A stretch of 64,000 nucleotides of DNA from Macrostomum lignano (taxonomy: Eukaryota): contig NIVC01002351.1 in assembly GCA_002269645.1 (NCBI GenBank), positions 1-64,000 of the forward strand, in the 5' to 3' direction. This document shows positions 1 through 12,791 of this stretch, piece after piece. The first letter of the stretch is position 1, and every line of letters begins with the position of its first letter. Made by a program: the position numbers and the translations under genes. Under the pieces are notes generated by a model. That model searched no databases and was not told the DNA's origin. It worked only from the letters and a program-made list of their open reading frames with translations.

Positions 1-105
1 AGACAGAACAGACAGAGACAGACACAGCAGAGACCAGACAGACAGACAGACAGACAGTAAGACAGACAGACAGGACAGACAGAGACAACACAGGCAGAGA
101 CAGAC

Positions 106-137
<32 letters not shown>

Positions 138-303
138 CAGACAGACAGACAGACAAGACAGACAGACAGACACTAACAGACAGACAGACAGACAGACAGA
201 CAGAAAGACAGACCAGGCAGACAGACAGAAGACAAAAGACAGACAGACACTAAGACAGACAGACAGACTAACAGACATACAGACAGACAGAGACAGACAG
301 ACA

Positions 304-391
<88 letters not shown>

Positions 392-434
392 AGACAGACA
401 CGACAGAGACAGACAGACAGAAAGACAACAGACG

Positions 435-499
<65 letters not shown>

Positions 500-501
500 C
501 A

Positions 502-578
<77 letters not shown>

Positions 579-582
579 CTAA

Positions 583-619
<37 letters not shown>

Positions 620-621
620 GC

Positions 622-689
<68 letters not shown>

Positions 690-708
690 TAACAGACAGA
701 CAGACTAA

Positions 709-768
<60 letters not shown>

Positions 769-805
769 CAGACAGAAAGACAGACAGACAGACAGACAGA
801 CACTA

Positions 806-882
<77 letters not shown>

Positions 883-902
883 GCAGAGACAGACAGACAG
901 AA

Positions 903-940
<38 letters not shown>

Positions 941-958
941 CAGAGACAGACAGACAGA

Positions 959-992
<34 letters not shown>

Positions 993-1010
993 CAGAGACA
1001 GACAGACAGA

Positions 1011-1093
<83 letters not shown>

Positions 1094-1095
1094 AC

Positions 1096-1165
<70 letters not shown>

Positions 1166-1166
1166 C

Positions 1167-1200
<34 letters not shown>

Positions 1201-1203
1201 CTA

Positions 1204-1292
<89 letters not shown>

Positions 1293-1463
1293 CACATACA
1301 GACAGACAGACAGACACTAAGACAGACACTAAGACAGACAGACAGACAGACAGACAGACACTAAGACAGACAGACAGACAGACAGACACACATACAGACA
1401 GACAGACAGACAGACACTAAGACAGACACTAAGACAGACAGACAGACAGACAGACAGACACTA

Positions 1464-1540
<77 letters not shown>

Positions 1541-1604
1541 TAGACAAACGACAGAAAGACAGACAGACAGACAGACAGACACTAAGACAGACAGACAGAC
1601 ACTA

Positions 1605-1643
<39 letters not shown>

Positions 1644-1680
1644 ACAGACAGACAGACAAGGCAGAGACAGACAGACAGAA

Positions 1681-1719
<39 letters not shown>

Positions 1720-1739
1720 GCAGAGACAGACAGACAGAA

Positions 1740-1778
<39 letters not shown>

Positions 1779-1860
1779 GCAGAGACAGACAGACAGAAAG
1801 ACAGACAGACAGACGGACAGACAGACAGACAGACAAACACGAAGACAGACGGACAATCTC
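1..1860. repeat. (AGAC)n microsatellite with recurrent ACTAAG/ACTAAC interruptions
   Basis: Read directly; explains the SVCL pseudo-ORFs. Confidence 0.97.
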
Positions 1861-2309
1861 GCTGCTGTATAGAGCCACACAGTTTCTAATCAACAGAAAA
1901 ATACACTTTTTTCAATAAGCGCCTATGCTGCTACTTAGACGCATTTTAAATAGTAGTATCCACACGCTCTGGTTATAAAGACAGGTGTCCATTTGAAGAA
2001 AAAATTTATTCTTTGCGGAATTAAAAAACGCCAATTAATCAAGTTGGATAATTTTGGTAATCCCTGACAGCACTGCCCCCTTCATGCCCGCAGATTCATT
2101 TGTCAATGTCAGATGAATAGTCATCTGTGCGCAGAGTCAGAACTCAGCGCGGCCTCTGACCGATACAGATAAATAATTTTATTGCTAGCTTTTTCACAAC
2201 ATTGCTAAAACAAGAGAACTGTTGGAGAGCAATGCACGCTTTCGAAGTCGGTGACTTTGAAGCTGTATTTTTGAATAAATTGAAAAGGAGCCATCTCATA
2301 TCCTTTGAG

Positions 2310-3150
2310 GAGAGACGCCATTTCATTTGAGAAGAGGCGCCATTTCATTTGAGGAGAGGCGCCATTTCAGTTGAAGAGATGCGCCATTTAATTTGAGGAG
2401 AGGTGCCATTTCATTTGAGAAGAGGCGCCATTTCAGTTGAAGAGATGCGCCATTTCATTTGAGAAGAGGCGCCATTTCAGTTGAGGAGAGGCACCATTTC
2501 ATTTGAGGAGAGGCGCCATTTCATTTGAGGAGAGGCGCCATTTCATTTGAGGAGAGGCGCCTTATCATTTGAGGAGAGGCGCCATTTCATTTGAGGAGAG
2601 GCGCCATTTCAGTTAAGGAGGATGCGCCATTTCATTTGAGGAGAGACGCCATTTCATTTGAGAAGAGGCGCCATTTCATTTGAGGAGAGGCGCCATTTCA
2701 GTTGAAGAGATGCGCCATTTCAGTTGAAGAGATGCGCCATTTAATTTGAGGAGAGGTGCCATTTCATTTGAGAAGAGGCGCCATTTCAGTTGAAGAGATG
2801 CGCCATTTCATTTGAGAAGAGGCGCCATTTCAGTTGAGGAGAGGCACCATTTCATTTGAGGAGAGGCGCCATTTCATTTGAGGAGAGGCGCCTTATCATT
2901 TGAGGAGAGGCGCCTTATCATTTGAGGAGAGGCGCCATTTCATTTGAGGAGAGGCGCCATTTCAGTTAAGGAGGATGCGCCATTTCATTTGAGGAGAGGC
3001 GCCATTTCAGTTAAGGAGGATGCGCCATTTCATTTGAGGAGAGGCGCCATTTCATTTGAGGAGAGGCGCCATTTCATTTGAGGAGAGGCGCCATTTCAGT
3101 TAAGGAGGATGCGCCATTTCATTTGAGGAGAGGCGCCATTTCATTTGAAG
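2310..3150. repeat. ~22-bp minisatellite (GAGGAGAGGCGCCATTTCATTT)
   Basis: Tandem copies read directly, with CAGTTGAAGAGATG variants. Confidence 0.95.
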
Positions 3151-3504
3151 GGCGCCAGTGCTGCAAGCAGATAATAAAGAGGCTCCATGCCGCAACAACA
3201 CCAGATCCCTTTGTCGAGCACCTCTTGGTCGGTTCCTGCCATGGGTTGGTTGAGAGCCGTGAGGGAGGCCAATGAGCAATAAATAATTAATGGGGCATAA
3301 ATGAAGCTGCAGTACTCAGTTTATCCACCGCGGGTTGGCGATCGCATATCATGCGGTTATTTGCGATATAAAATTTATTGATTAATTTTTACAACTTAAA
3401 AACAGAGCTATGAATAAAAATTTTTATCTAAATTAAAATTAGTGCATTTTACTACAATAGCCAGAACAATAATATTTTTCTTTTTATAATTAACAACCGC
3501 GCAG

Positions 3505-3745
3505 TGTGTGTCAGACAAACTGTCAGGAGTCTAATAGGAGTTTCTATAGGGTGTCAGACAAACTGTCACGAGTCTAATAGGAGTTTCTATAGGGTGTCAG
3601 ACAAACTGTCACGAGGCTAATAGGAGTTTCTATAGGGTGTCAGACAAAGTGTCAGAACTCTATTAGGAGTTTCTATAGGGTGTCAGACAAGCTGTCAGGA
3701 GTCTAATAGAAGTTTCTATAGGGTGTCAGACAAGCTGTCAGGAGA
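3505..3745. repeat. 43-bp tandem repeat, ~5.5 copies
   Basis: GGGTGTCAGACAAACTGTCACGAGTCTAATAGGAGTTTCTATA recurs at 3549, 3592 and onward. Confidence 0.93.
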
Positions 3746-4099
3746 CAGAAAGAGGTCGCAAGCACAAAAAGATAGGAAAGCATAGTACGAGCGTGGCTAA
3801 TAAGGAACACATGTATGTATGGTTAAAATTGCATTATGTATTATAATTGGATAAGAATAACAAACGCTTATAAGCTTTTCATTAGTCTAATAAACTGTTT
3901 AGAAAGTGCAATTCTTATAATTCTCAATAGCACATACATCAATTTAGCATTAGATTATAGTCGATGGCGGTAACGATGCCGCGTGACCAACATTGCTGAA
4001 GTCGACTTGGAATTTCAAATTTTCATCCAGATTCGGTGATGCAAGCTACATTATAGTCTTGAAAGTTCAGCCGGAAACTAATTTAATTTTAGTTTTGAC

Positions 4100-4425
4100 A
4101 GAAGCCTTTAAACAGGCCCAAAACGGCTCTTAAACAGCCCCGAGACAGCCCCAAAGCAGCCCCAAAACAGCCCTAAAAACGCCCCAAAACAGCCCCAAAG
4201 CAGCCCTAAAACAGCCCGAGACAGCCCCAAAACAGCCCTAAAACAGCCCCGAGACAGCCTTAAAACAGCCCTAAAACAGCCCGAGACGGCCCCAAAACAG
4301 CCCCGAGACAGCTCCAAAGCAGCCCTAAAACAGCCGCAAAACAGCCCCAAAGCAGCCCCAAAACAGCCCCAAAAAGTCCTAAACAGCCTCAAAGCAGCCC
4401 CAAAGCAGCCCCCAAAAGCCCCATT
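4100..4425. repeat. ~11-bp minisatellite (AAAACAGCCCC) just downstream of the iGluR stop codon
   Basis: Read directly. Confidence 0.9.
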
Positions 4426-4446
4426 TTCTGATCAAGGCTGAATCTC

Positions 4447-7400
4447 CTAATTAGATACATAATCCGCAGACTCCTGCGTCTGCCTCTTCAACACCTTAGT
4501 CCACAGCAGCTCCAGCAGCAGAATCAGAAGGCCCAAGCCGTAGAAGACGCAGGTAACGATGCAGCAACCACCGATGCCCTCGAAGTTGATGGGATCCGTG
4601 TCCGATATGGTCTCGTCTTTGCAGCCGTTGTCCTTCGACCAGTAGATGTCGAACCAGCGCTGGATTTGGCCGGACTCGTGCAGCTTCTGCAGGCTGGAAT
4701 TGATGAAGTACTTGTTTATAATGGAAATGTTTGCTGGTTTGATTGACTTTTCTTCTCGTCCATGTTGACAGTTACGCATTATTATTACGCATTAGTAATT
4801 CTCTTTTGGAAATTTGGATATTCTCTATGAGCCTCTGGTTCCAGGAAACGAAAGCCCCAGGCCTCGGATGCGTAAAGAACAGTGCTTGCAACCATGGCTG
4901 AACAAAAGAGATTGAGTTGTCGGTGCTCCATTGTTTCAAGGCCAGTTTATTTTCTTAGAATCAACTATGGGATATGGACCCTTCGTGTTTAGATTCAATC
5001 CCAGATATTTCCACTTATGAAATGATTCAACTGATTCAAACTGATTCAAACTGATTCAAACTCATTCAAATGATTCAATGAGTTGGCCCTGTTGCCTGTT
5101 GGGGTTGGAATGCTCTGTTGAAGTTTGCGTCACAACTGAGCAGCAGCATTCTTTTCTGTATTGTCGCGACTTTTTTAGTTATTTCTTCAGTTCACCTTCA
5201 CTTGTCTCTGTTTACTCTGTTTTTCTATCTCTCTCCGTCTCTCTGTCTAGTTCAATCTTGTTATTCTTATCTCTCACCCTCGCCGCCTTCTGATTGGCTC
5301 TCCATTCTTGCCTCTCCTTAGTCGCGCACTCCACTCCTCCTTTTATTATCTGCACTTGACCCCCCAGTCGTCTTATACGACGTATAGTCGTAAATATACC
5401 CGTTCGGTAATTATTTTTTTACATGTATGTTTATCTCCAGCTGGTGAATCTGATAGAATTCAGATATATTCCCAAGGCTTTTCAGTAGCTTCGCTAGGTC
5501 CTCACTGAATATGACCAGGTCATCGCTGTATAGCAAACAAACTTTTTACCAACTAATTCAGGATGAAAGTTTTGCTGTGGAATGATTCTTTATTTCGCTG
5601 AGAGGATCAATATACAGACAAAGCAGTAATGGTGAAAAGGGGAAGTTGCTATGGTAACTGTACCGTCAGACAAAAAATGGCTTAAAATTTTGCCTCCAAG
5701 CTTGCTCTATCTAAATCCAATATCCAATCTAAATCACGGACTTACTGAAAGTTAAACAAATTAGCATAGGGAGCATCTTCAGGAAACATAAAAGCGATTG
5801 TGCCAGTGTTGAACTGTTCGTTCGCTACGTAGTACTGGGTGCAGTTCTTCAGCGCTATTGCCAGTAAGGCAGAATAGTCCTCCACGCAAGCTTGGTCTGC
5901 TCTGGGTGGCTGAAAGACAGAAAGACAGAAAGAAAGGCTTGTTCACACCACTGTCATCAAGTGAGGTACGTTACTCATCTTTTGCATGCCCGTATTCAAC
6001 TATTGCCTGTGAAAACTTTACAAAATTAGATCAGTTTCGTTTTGAAACTGCACTGAAGTACATCCATCATTTGAACAACTTTCCCCTAGAGACATGTGTT
6101 GCGTTGCTAGGTGGTTTAAAATATTCTAAATACTCAAATTCAAAAGTTCATAAGGTTGTATGAATAAGATAAGCATTTGCTCACGAGAATATACATTTCA
6201 ACTGTGTTTTTGGGCAGAAGTGAAATTTATTTGTTTGAAGTTGCTAAGTTAAAGTCCGAGTCTTCCCTCTTACTTTCGCGAGGCTACACTACGTGTCAGA
6301 CTTTTAACCATAGACAAACTTCCTGCACGCAAACCTACGTTAGACGGGCAGCTTTCCACATCCGGGTCGTACAGCACTACTTGTTCGGCAAGCTGCTTGT
6401 AGACGCCAGACTGCGCGTTGCTCAACAAATCGAAAAGATTCGTTCCTCTGCGCACGTAGGGCGTCACCGCAGTTTGGGTAACCAGGTCGTCCAGCGTCTT
6501 GATCGGATATTTAGTAACGGTGACAGTCAGGAAAGACGTCAGAACTCCTGAAATACCGGTATACAAAAAACGGCCATGCAGATCAGCAGCAGAAGTTTCC
6601 TGTTCGGATGAACCAGATTTAAAACTTCCTTAGATTGTTTAACACTCTAACACTCTTTGAGGCAGAAATCTAGACAAAAGTGTTTGGCTTCAATGAATAT
6701 CCCTATAGTCCGTCAAGTATTAAAATTTTAGAAGGGCTTGATCTGCGGTGTTTTGTTTGAAGGCGAAGACATAAATACTCAGTTTTCATTAAGAAATTCG
6801 ACCTTACTGGCGTAAATTTTTAATAGCTATCATAGCTATCATTATACAAATTAGGGTCAAATTTGTGCACTTTTTAAGCAGCAGAAATATTGCATCGATA
6901 ATTAGCTACGCACTATGCTAATTATCTATGCTATGCTAACTACGCAGAGGAAAAAGAAGCAATCTTCAAGAGGTTTCATTTACCCGAGTAGATAGCATAG
7001 ATAATGACTATGAAGAACCACCAGGAAGCCAGTACGGCTCTGGCGGACATCGCAAACGGATAAAAGTCCTGGCCCTGCTGCAAGAAACTGCCGATGCAGC
7101 TCCACAGGTACTCCTTCAGCCACACCTCGTCGGCGACTGCATAGTCGGCACCCAGATTGAAGGCGGAGAACGGAGAGAAGAAGGCAAACAGCCAGGCGAT
7201 CAGCGAGCAGCCAACAATGGTGCCGATTATGGTGAGCCAAACCTTGTAGGTGAAAGGCATGAACAGGTTCCACAGGCGGGACTCGCGCTCCGGCTTCGGC
7301 ACCAGGATCCCGTTGGACTCTTGAAATAGGGCCGTTGAGTAGTCGATCACTCGGTCGCGAACGGCAGTCTTGGTGAAGGGCCCGGCTCCGATGTGCACCA

Positions 7401-10278
7401 TCTGTGACGTCGGGGAAACCGAGGAGCAGTGATAAAAGTATTGACAACCCATGGCTGTGGTACTGGCGTAGGAGTGTACTGGAGCCAGTCGACCCGAAGC
7501 CATCGAGTTACTACTAAGCACGCCCACACGTTGCTTTTTACATTAGGTCTGATTTTCAAGACTCGGTTTTAAGAATTTTTAAGACAACGATGTAGCAACT
7601 ATGCTGCAAATTCGAATGAATTACCCTCGTGACATAAAATGCCCAGCGGGATTTCGTGTCTAATACTTCGTGGCTAATATATTAATCTCCAATCCTAGTA
7701 TCATAGTATCATAGAGAGTCCTCAGTGACACTAGAGAACTCAAATCTAGGCTTGCGTAGGCCGATGCACCTCAGATTAAGGCTTAAAACCAGCGATCCGG
7801 CCTTCATGAGGTTTAGTCCATCTATTCGCTGTCCAACATTAGGTCTCACTTAGCTTTCAGAGACGTGAAGCAACGGATTGGGCTCGGATTTCTCACCCCT
7901 CGCTGCAGCTCGCCCACGCATCCGTTGTAGAACTCTGAGTCAGCCTGCGGCGAACCCCAGTTTCCATCGTCGGAGTCCTTTGTGATGAAGCTATATTGGT
8001 AAATACAAGTCATGCATGCAGTGTCTTTCTACGACGCACTTGCACTGCATATCCACTAGAACGAGAAAGCAAACACTTACCGAAAATCCAGTTTCTCTGC
8101 CAGGTAGCGAAGAATATCAACAGCCATACCGTTCAATATTACAGTCTTGTTGGAAAAAGTGCGATTGAAAATTGTCATAGGAGAACTCTAAAATGATTTG
8201 TAAAGCAGAAAATTTAAGTTGCTAGCTGCGATCCAAACCGTATTGAGTAATTTCAATTAAAAATTATTCATGCACCTCAGGAGAACAAGCCACTATTGTG
8301 TCGTTCTTAAACCCCATGAATGTGTTTGGAAAAACCAACTCGATATCTTTGTACCGAAACAGCAGCCGCATGTTTCCGGTTGATGCGTCAAATTTGACAG
8401 ACTTTATCATTAAATTTGGAGAGGTTCGAAGTTCATTGTAAGTGGCAACCAGTTCCAAGCCCTGCGAGCTGAAGTGCCGGCTAGAGCTATTGTATGAGAT
8501 GACACCGCGACTCGTGTCATAGTGGCTGATCTGCAGTGAGTGGGGAGCACAGTGTTAACAAATGGAACATCGCGCTTGTGAAGCACTCAAGAAAACACTG
8601 TTTCTATGTCCTGCTGATGTACAGGTAAATTTCCCATTAAACGTTCTGTACTGTACAACAGCTCTGTCAAAATTTCAAATATCAAATTTTCAAACTTTTA
8701 AGCATCGGCACCAGCAATAGGATATTTGCACCCGCTCACACTGATCAGTTTGTGAAGCACAGTCGATCCAAAGCTCCACCGCTGCATCGGGAAGCAGGTG
8801 GCGTTGCTAGGAGAGAATCCCGGATCCGTTAGAGAATCGTCCAGCGCCCTGGCCATGGCTTCCACAGCGTCAACGAAGCGAACGTCCATCTCCTGCGTTT
8901 TAGGGTTTCAGGTGTAAGTTTGTAAACAAACAAGAAACCTATTGATAAATTCACCCACTCCGGCAACAGAAGACTACAATCACAAACCTTAATCCGGTGC
9001 AGCTGACATCCGGGAAACACGTCCATCACTGCTGCTGAGCACTCCTTAAAGACGCCGCCTCTAAGCAGAGCTACATTCGCGTTTGTCGGCGTCGCGCTGA
9101 GCAGCTCCGCCTCGGACAGCCCGGTGTCCAGCAGCAGCCAGAAATAGTTCTGCTGCATCACGCCGGCTTCGCTGGCCAGGCTGAGCACGCTGAGCACATT
9201 GCGCGGACTGGCGAGCAGCAGCAGCTTGAACACCTTCTTTTTCACAATGCGTCTCAGGTGCTGCACCAGCTGGGGTGTCACCGATTCGTTGGCAGCCGTG
9301 TCCACCTGGAACGTCAGGCTGCTCACTCCGGCAACAGCGAGACCAGACTGCAGGCTCTGCAGCGACCTCATGCCTTTCAATGGGAAGTCAAGCGGCTGTA
9401 AAGAAACTGCAGTGTGACGTCAATCACAGGCATGAACTGTCACTCAACCAGGGAACTCACTCTGCTGCCTGTCAAACAGAATCGCCACGCTACTGACAAT
9501 GGAATCGGAAGTGACGGCTTGGACTGCCGCATCCAGCATGTCCGAAAGTCGGTGGCTGCCCACCACTGTGTGACCTGTTGAAGGAATCGGTGAATGGCTT
9601 CAGTGATGGTGCATCAAATGGCGAGATTTAAAAGTGCTGCCTGACCTTTCAGCAGTGGTTCGGCATCGCACAGGGCCGTCGGCAGGGCGATGAACGGCAG
9701 CTTGAGGGACTCGCTGAATGAGGCCAGCTGGTCCAGCAGAGAGCAGCAGCCCACACCAATTAGGCCTGATAAGCCGGGCTCTGAGCACACTGCATGTAGG
9801 GTGGCGGATTGCTTGGCTGCTCAATGATGCATAACTGAAACTGAAATAAACTTCCCAGGAAGACATCTTGTCAGTATCAAGACTGTGACAAAGCAAGTTG
9901 TCTGTTTCTGGCAGGGTGCAGCTTTATGTCCCGAGGTCAACCATTAGATACGTTTTTACCAGGCACAACCATTCTGTTTGTTACCGGTTGCACAGGTTTG
10001 TCACCTTTCAGACAGAAAACCACTCAAAGCCACTCACGAGTTTGCACTGCGAGCTGCGAGCTGCACCCGTCAACCGTCACGCGCACGAAGGACACCTCGT
10101 GATGAGGCAGGACTCGCCAGTTCGAGTTGATCCGCCTGGATGCCGCATTCTCAATCAGCGACTCGTTGATGAAGCCGTTCTGCACGACCAGTCCGATTTT
10201 GAAAGTCAGCGCAGATGAGGCGGACGCACAGATGAGGCAGCTGGCAACGAACTGGACCAGCGATCTTGAAGCAGCCAT
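4447..10278 (-). CDS. Ionotropic glutamate receptor family subunit (iGluR/IR-like, ATD-containing), 12 exons, ~854 aa
   Basis: Phase-consistent GT-AG exons: 10278-10038, 9789-9646, 9574-9461, 9406-8988, 8892-8740, 8530-8276, 8187-8081, 7990-7897, 7401-6984, 6547-6339, 5909-5746, 4693-4447 (2565 nt). Signal peptide MAASRSLVQFVASCLICASASSA; ATD (LCSEPGLSGLIGVG...LKLPFI); S1 (GMAVDILRYLAEKLDF, DGNWG, NGCVGEL, GPFTKTAVRDRVIDYS); M1 ending FSPF; pore loop SFLQQG; M3 SWWFFIVIIYAIYSGVLTSFLTV; S2 (IKTLDDL, CVEDYS, KLHESG); M4. The exon-10 donor is ambiguous (6339 vs 6309, same phase). Confidence 0.93.
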
Positions 10279-11624
10279 GGCTTTCTCGCTTGGTGCTTTA
10301 CCAGATAGGGCTACAGAGCTACAGATGCAAATGGGGGTGAATCAAGCTGGCTCAGGATGGAAGGGAGAAGATCCTGAAATAATATTTGCTAGTGCCTGCT
10401 GTCAGCCAATCGCAAAGCGCTACTTGAATTGCGGCTTGAAATTTACAGTAGTTTTATCATTTGAAAATTTATCATCAATTCACCGAATCCGTTCCTCCCG
10501 TGCAGCAGATAATTGAGTGGTCAGATGAGCATCTCATATAGCTCGTAAAATGCAGAGTTACGAGAGTAACGAGAACGCAAAAGCGCATAAATAGGCAGGC
10601 CTCCCCCTCACAGTTAAAACCTCATTACTCCGCACCACATACATTGGCAAGCCACTGAACGCGGCGGAGTAATGGACAAAACAACTACAATTTCGGGACA
10701 ACTGTAGAGAGTTATTAAACCATACCGTGATGCCCTACTTAAAGTAATATTCTAAGAAAGTCAATTTATTCTAGAATGAGTCATCTATTTTTAGGAATCA
10801 CGCGCAAACAGAGTGATTTTGAACCCCACGTGAGAGCAACATTGTTTGATCAAGGAATCGGTTTCCAACAGCTGTATTTGCTTCACCCCATTCACGAGTA
10901 TGGCAATGCTCAAACATACATAACAGCTCAATCAAGCATGAATGACCTAAGTAAATACCCAATTCCAAACCGGTTTTGCCCCAAAATTTTTCTATAAATA
11001 TAAGTAAAAATCCGAGTAAAAAATTCAGACTCAGAGCGGTCTCTAAGACTCCGAAGAAACAAAGAAAAAAAGACCAATCTCTGAGGGACCACACGTCCAA
11101 TTGGTAAGCGTTTACCGGATTCAGTTCTTTGATTGTTAGCGTTAATAAGTTGATTAATTGAGTTCACGAGAGCCCTTTGTTGTCGACACATTTGAGAAAA
11201 GCCTCCCTGTTTCCTAGGATGTATTCCTAGAGGATTTATTGATTTGAGCTATCCGTTACGTTTCCGACGTAACGAAGAAGACGCCCCTTCAGGAGGACCC
11301 ATTGCAGAAACCTAGAGAATTCAATTGTGCATTAAGGCGCACGTTTTATTGTTAATTCCGAGTTCGAGGACCGTAGCTCGTAAAGACTTCGGATTCGCTT
11401 TCGCTTTTGGTCGATCCACAGATAAAATCAACGACTCACAGAAACATTACCTCACCGCTGCCGAAACAAGAAGTCAAGAGCTACTAAAGGATCCGCTACA
11501 GTAAGAGATATTTGACTTTGCACATGCCGTGGCACTTGTTACCCATTGTCTAGAAGTGGGAGTTTTTGAGTGACTGATCACCACTCTTAAAATCTACACA
11601 ACGTTAGCAAAGAAACAGACACGT

Positions 11625-11860
<236 letters not shown>

Positions 11861-12249
11861 CACAGAAAAGAGGTGCCAATCAAAGGCAAAAGACGATTTT
11901 TGGTCATCTTTGTTAGAATTTTTTCAAAGTAAATTTAGCTGCGTTTATGTGCATTCGATAGAAATCCGGTCAAATCGCTGAACTTTTCCGTGGCATAAAA
12001 ATCAATAATTTTGTGGCTATTGATAGCAAACTTTACTAGCACTGCAGTTTAGTCTATAAAAGTCACTGCATAACGCTAACATTGAAAAAGTTATTTAACA
12101 GACAGATTCGCACACAAAAATCTTGATAGCATTGCCCACTCGCATTTCGAGTTAAACTGATAAAAAAAGTCTTCGGACTCAGGAATCATTTTGAAAACCG
12201 CATCTTTGCCTTCGGAGCAGCCTGCTCATTCCAGTTGGACTCCTCCACG

Positions 12250-12492
12250 ACTGACTGACTGACTTGAGTGAGTGGGTGACTGACTGACTGACTGACTGAC
12301 TGACTGACTTGAGTGAGTGGGTGACTGACTGACTGACTGACTGACTGACTGACTGACTGACTGACTGACTGACTGACTGACTGACTGACTGACTGACTGA
12401 CTGACTGACTGACTGACTGACTGACTGACTGACTGACTGACTGACTGACTGACTGACTGACTGACTGACTGACTGACTGACTGACCGACTGA
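12250..12492. repeat. (ACTG)n microsatellite
   Basis: Read directly. Confidence 0.95.
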
Positions 12493-12791
12493 AAGAGCCA
12501 GTGCCTCAAGAAAACATTGGAGAAGATATTTGAGAGCTTTTAAGCTAAGCATAATTTATTGTATTTACCTTTTTACTATAAGGTTTATAAAGAACCACTA
12601 GCTACTTAGTATTAAGGATCAATAAAATTTATACCGCGCTCGCTGTTATTAACCAACATAAATAAGTCTTTGCACAACATTTAACTGTAGTCACGGCTAC
12701 TATAAGCAGAGTAAATTGTGGTTAAACAGGTTGTCGATGCGCAAACAGTCTTTGTGGGAAAAAAATGGGAATCGATCGGAGAGAATGCAGG

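Noticed and set aside
173-1893. SVCL-type long ORFs (also 11650-11907 and 47615-48236)
   Set aside because: Translations of (AGAC)n microsatellites.
3505-3745. CRISPR-like look of the 43-bp array (and the 42-bp array at 29400-30010)
   Set aside because: Head-to-tail repeats with no unique spacers, no cas genes, eukaryotic context.
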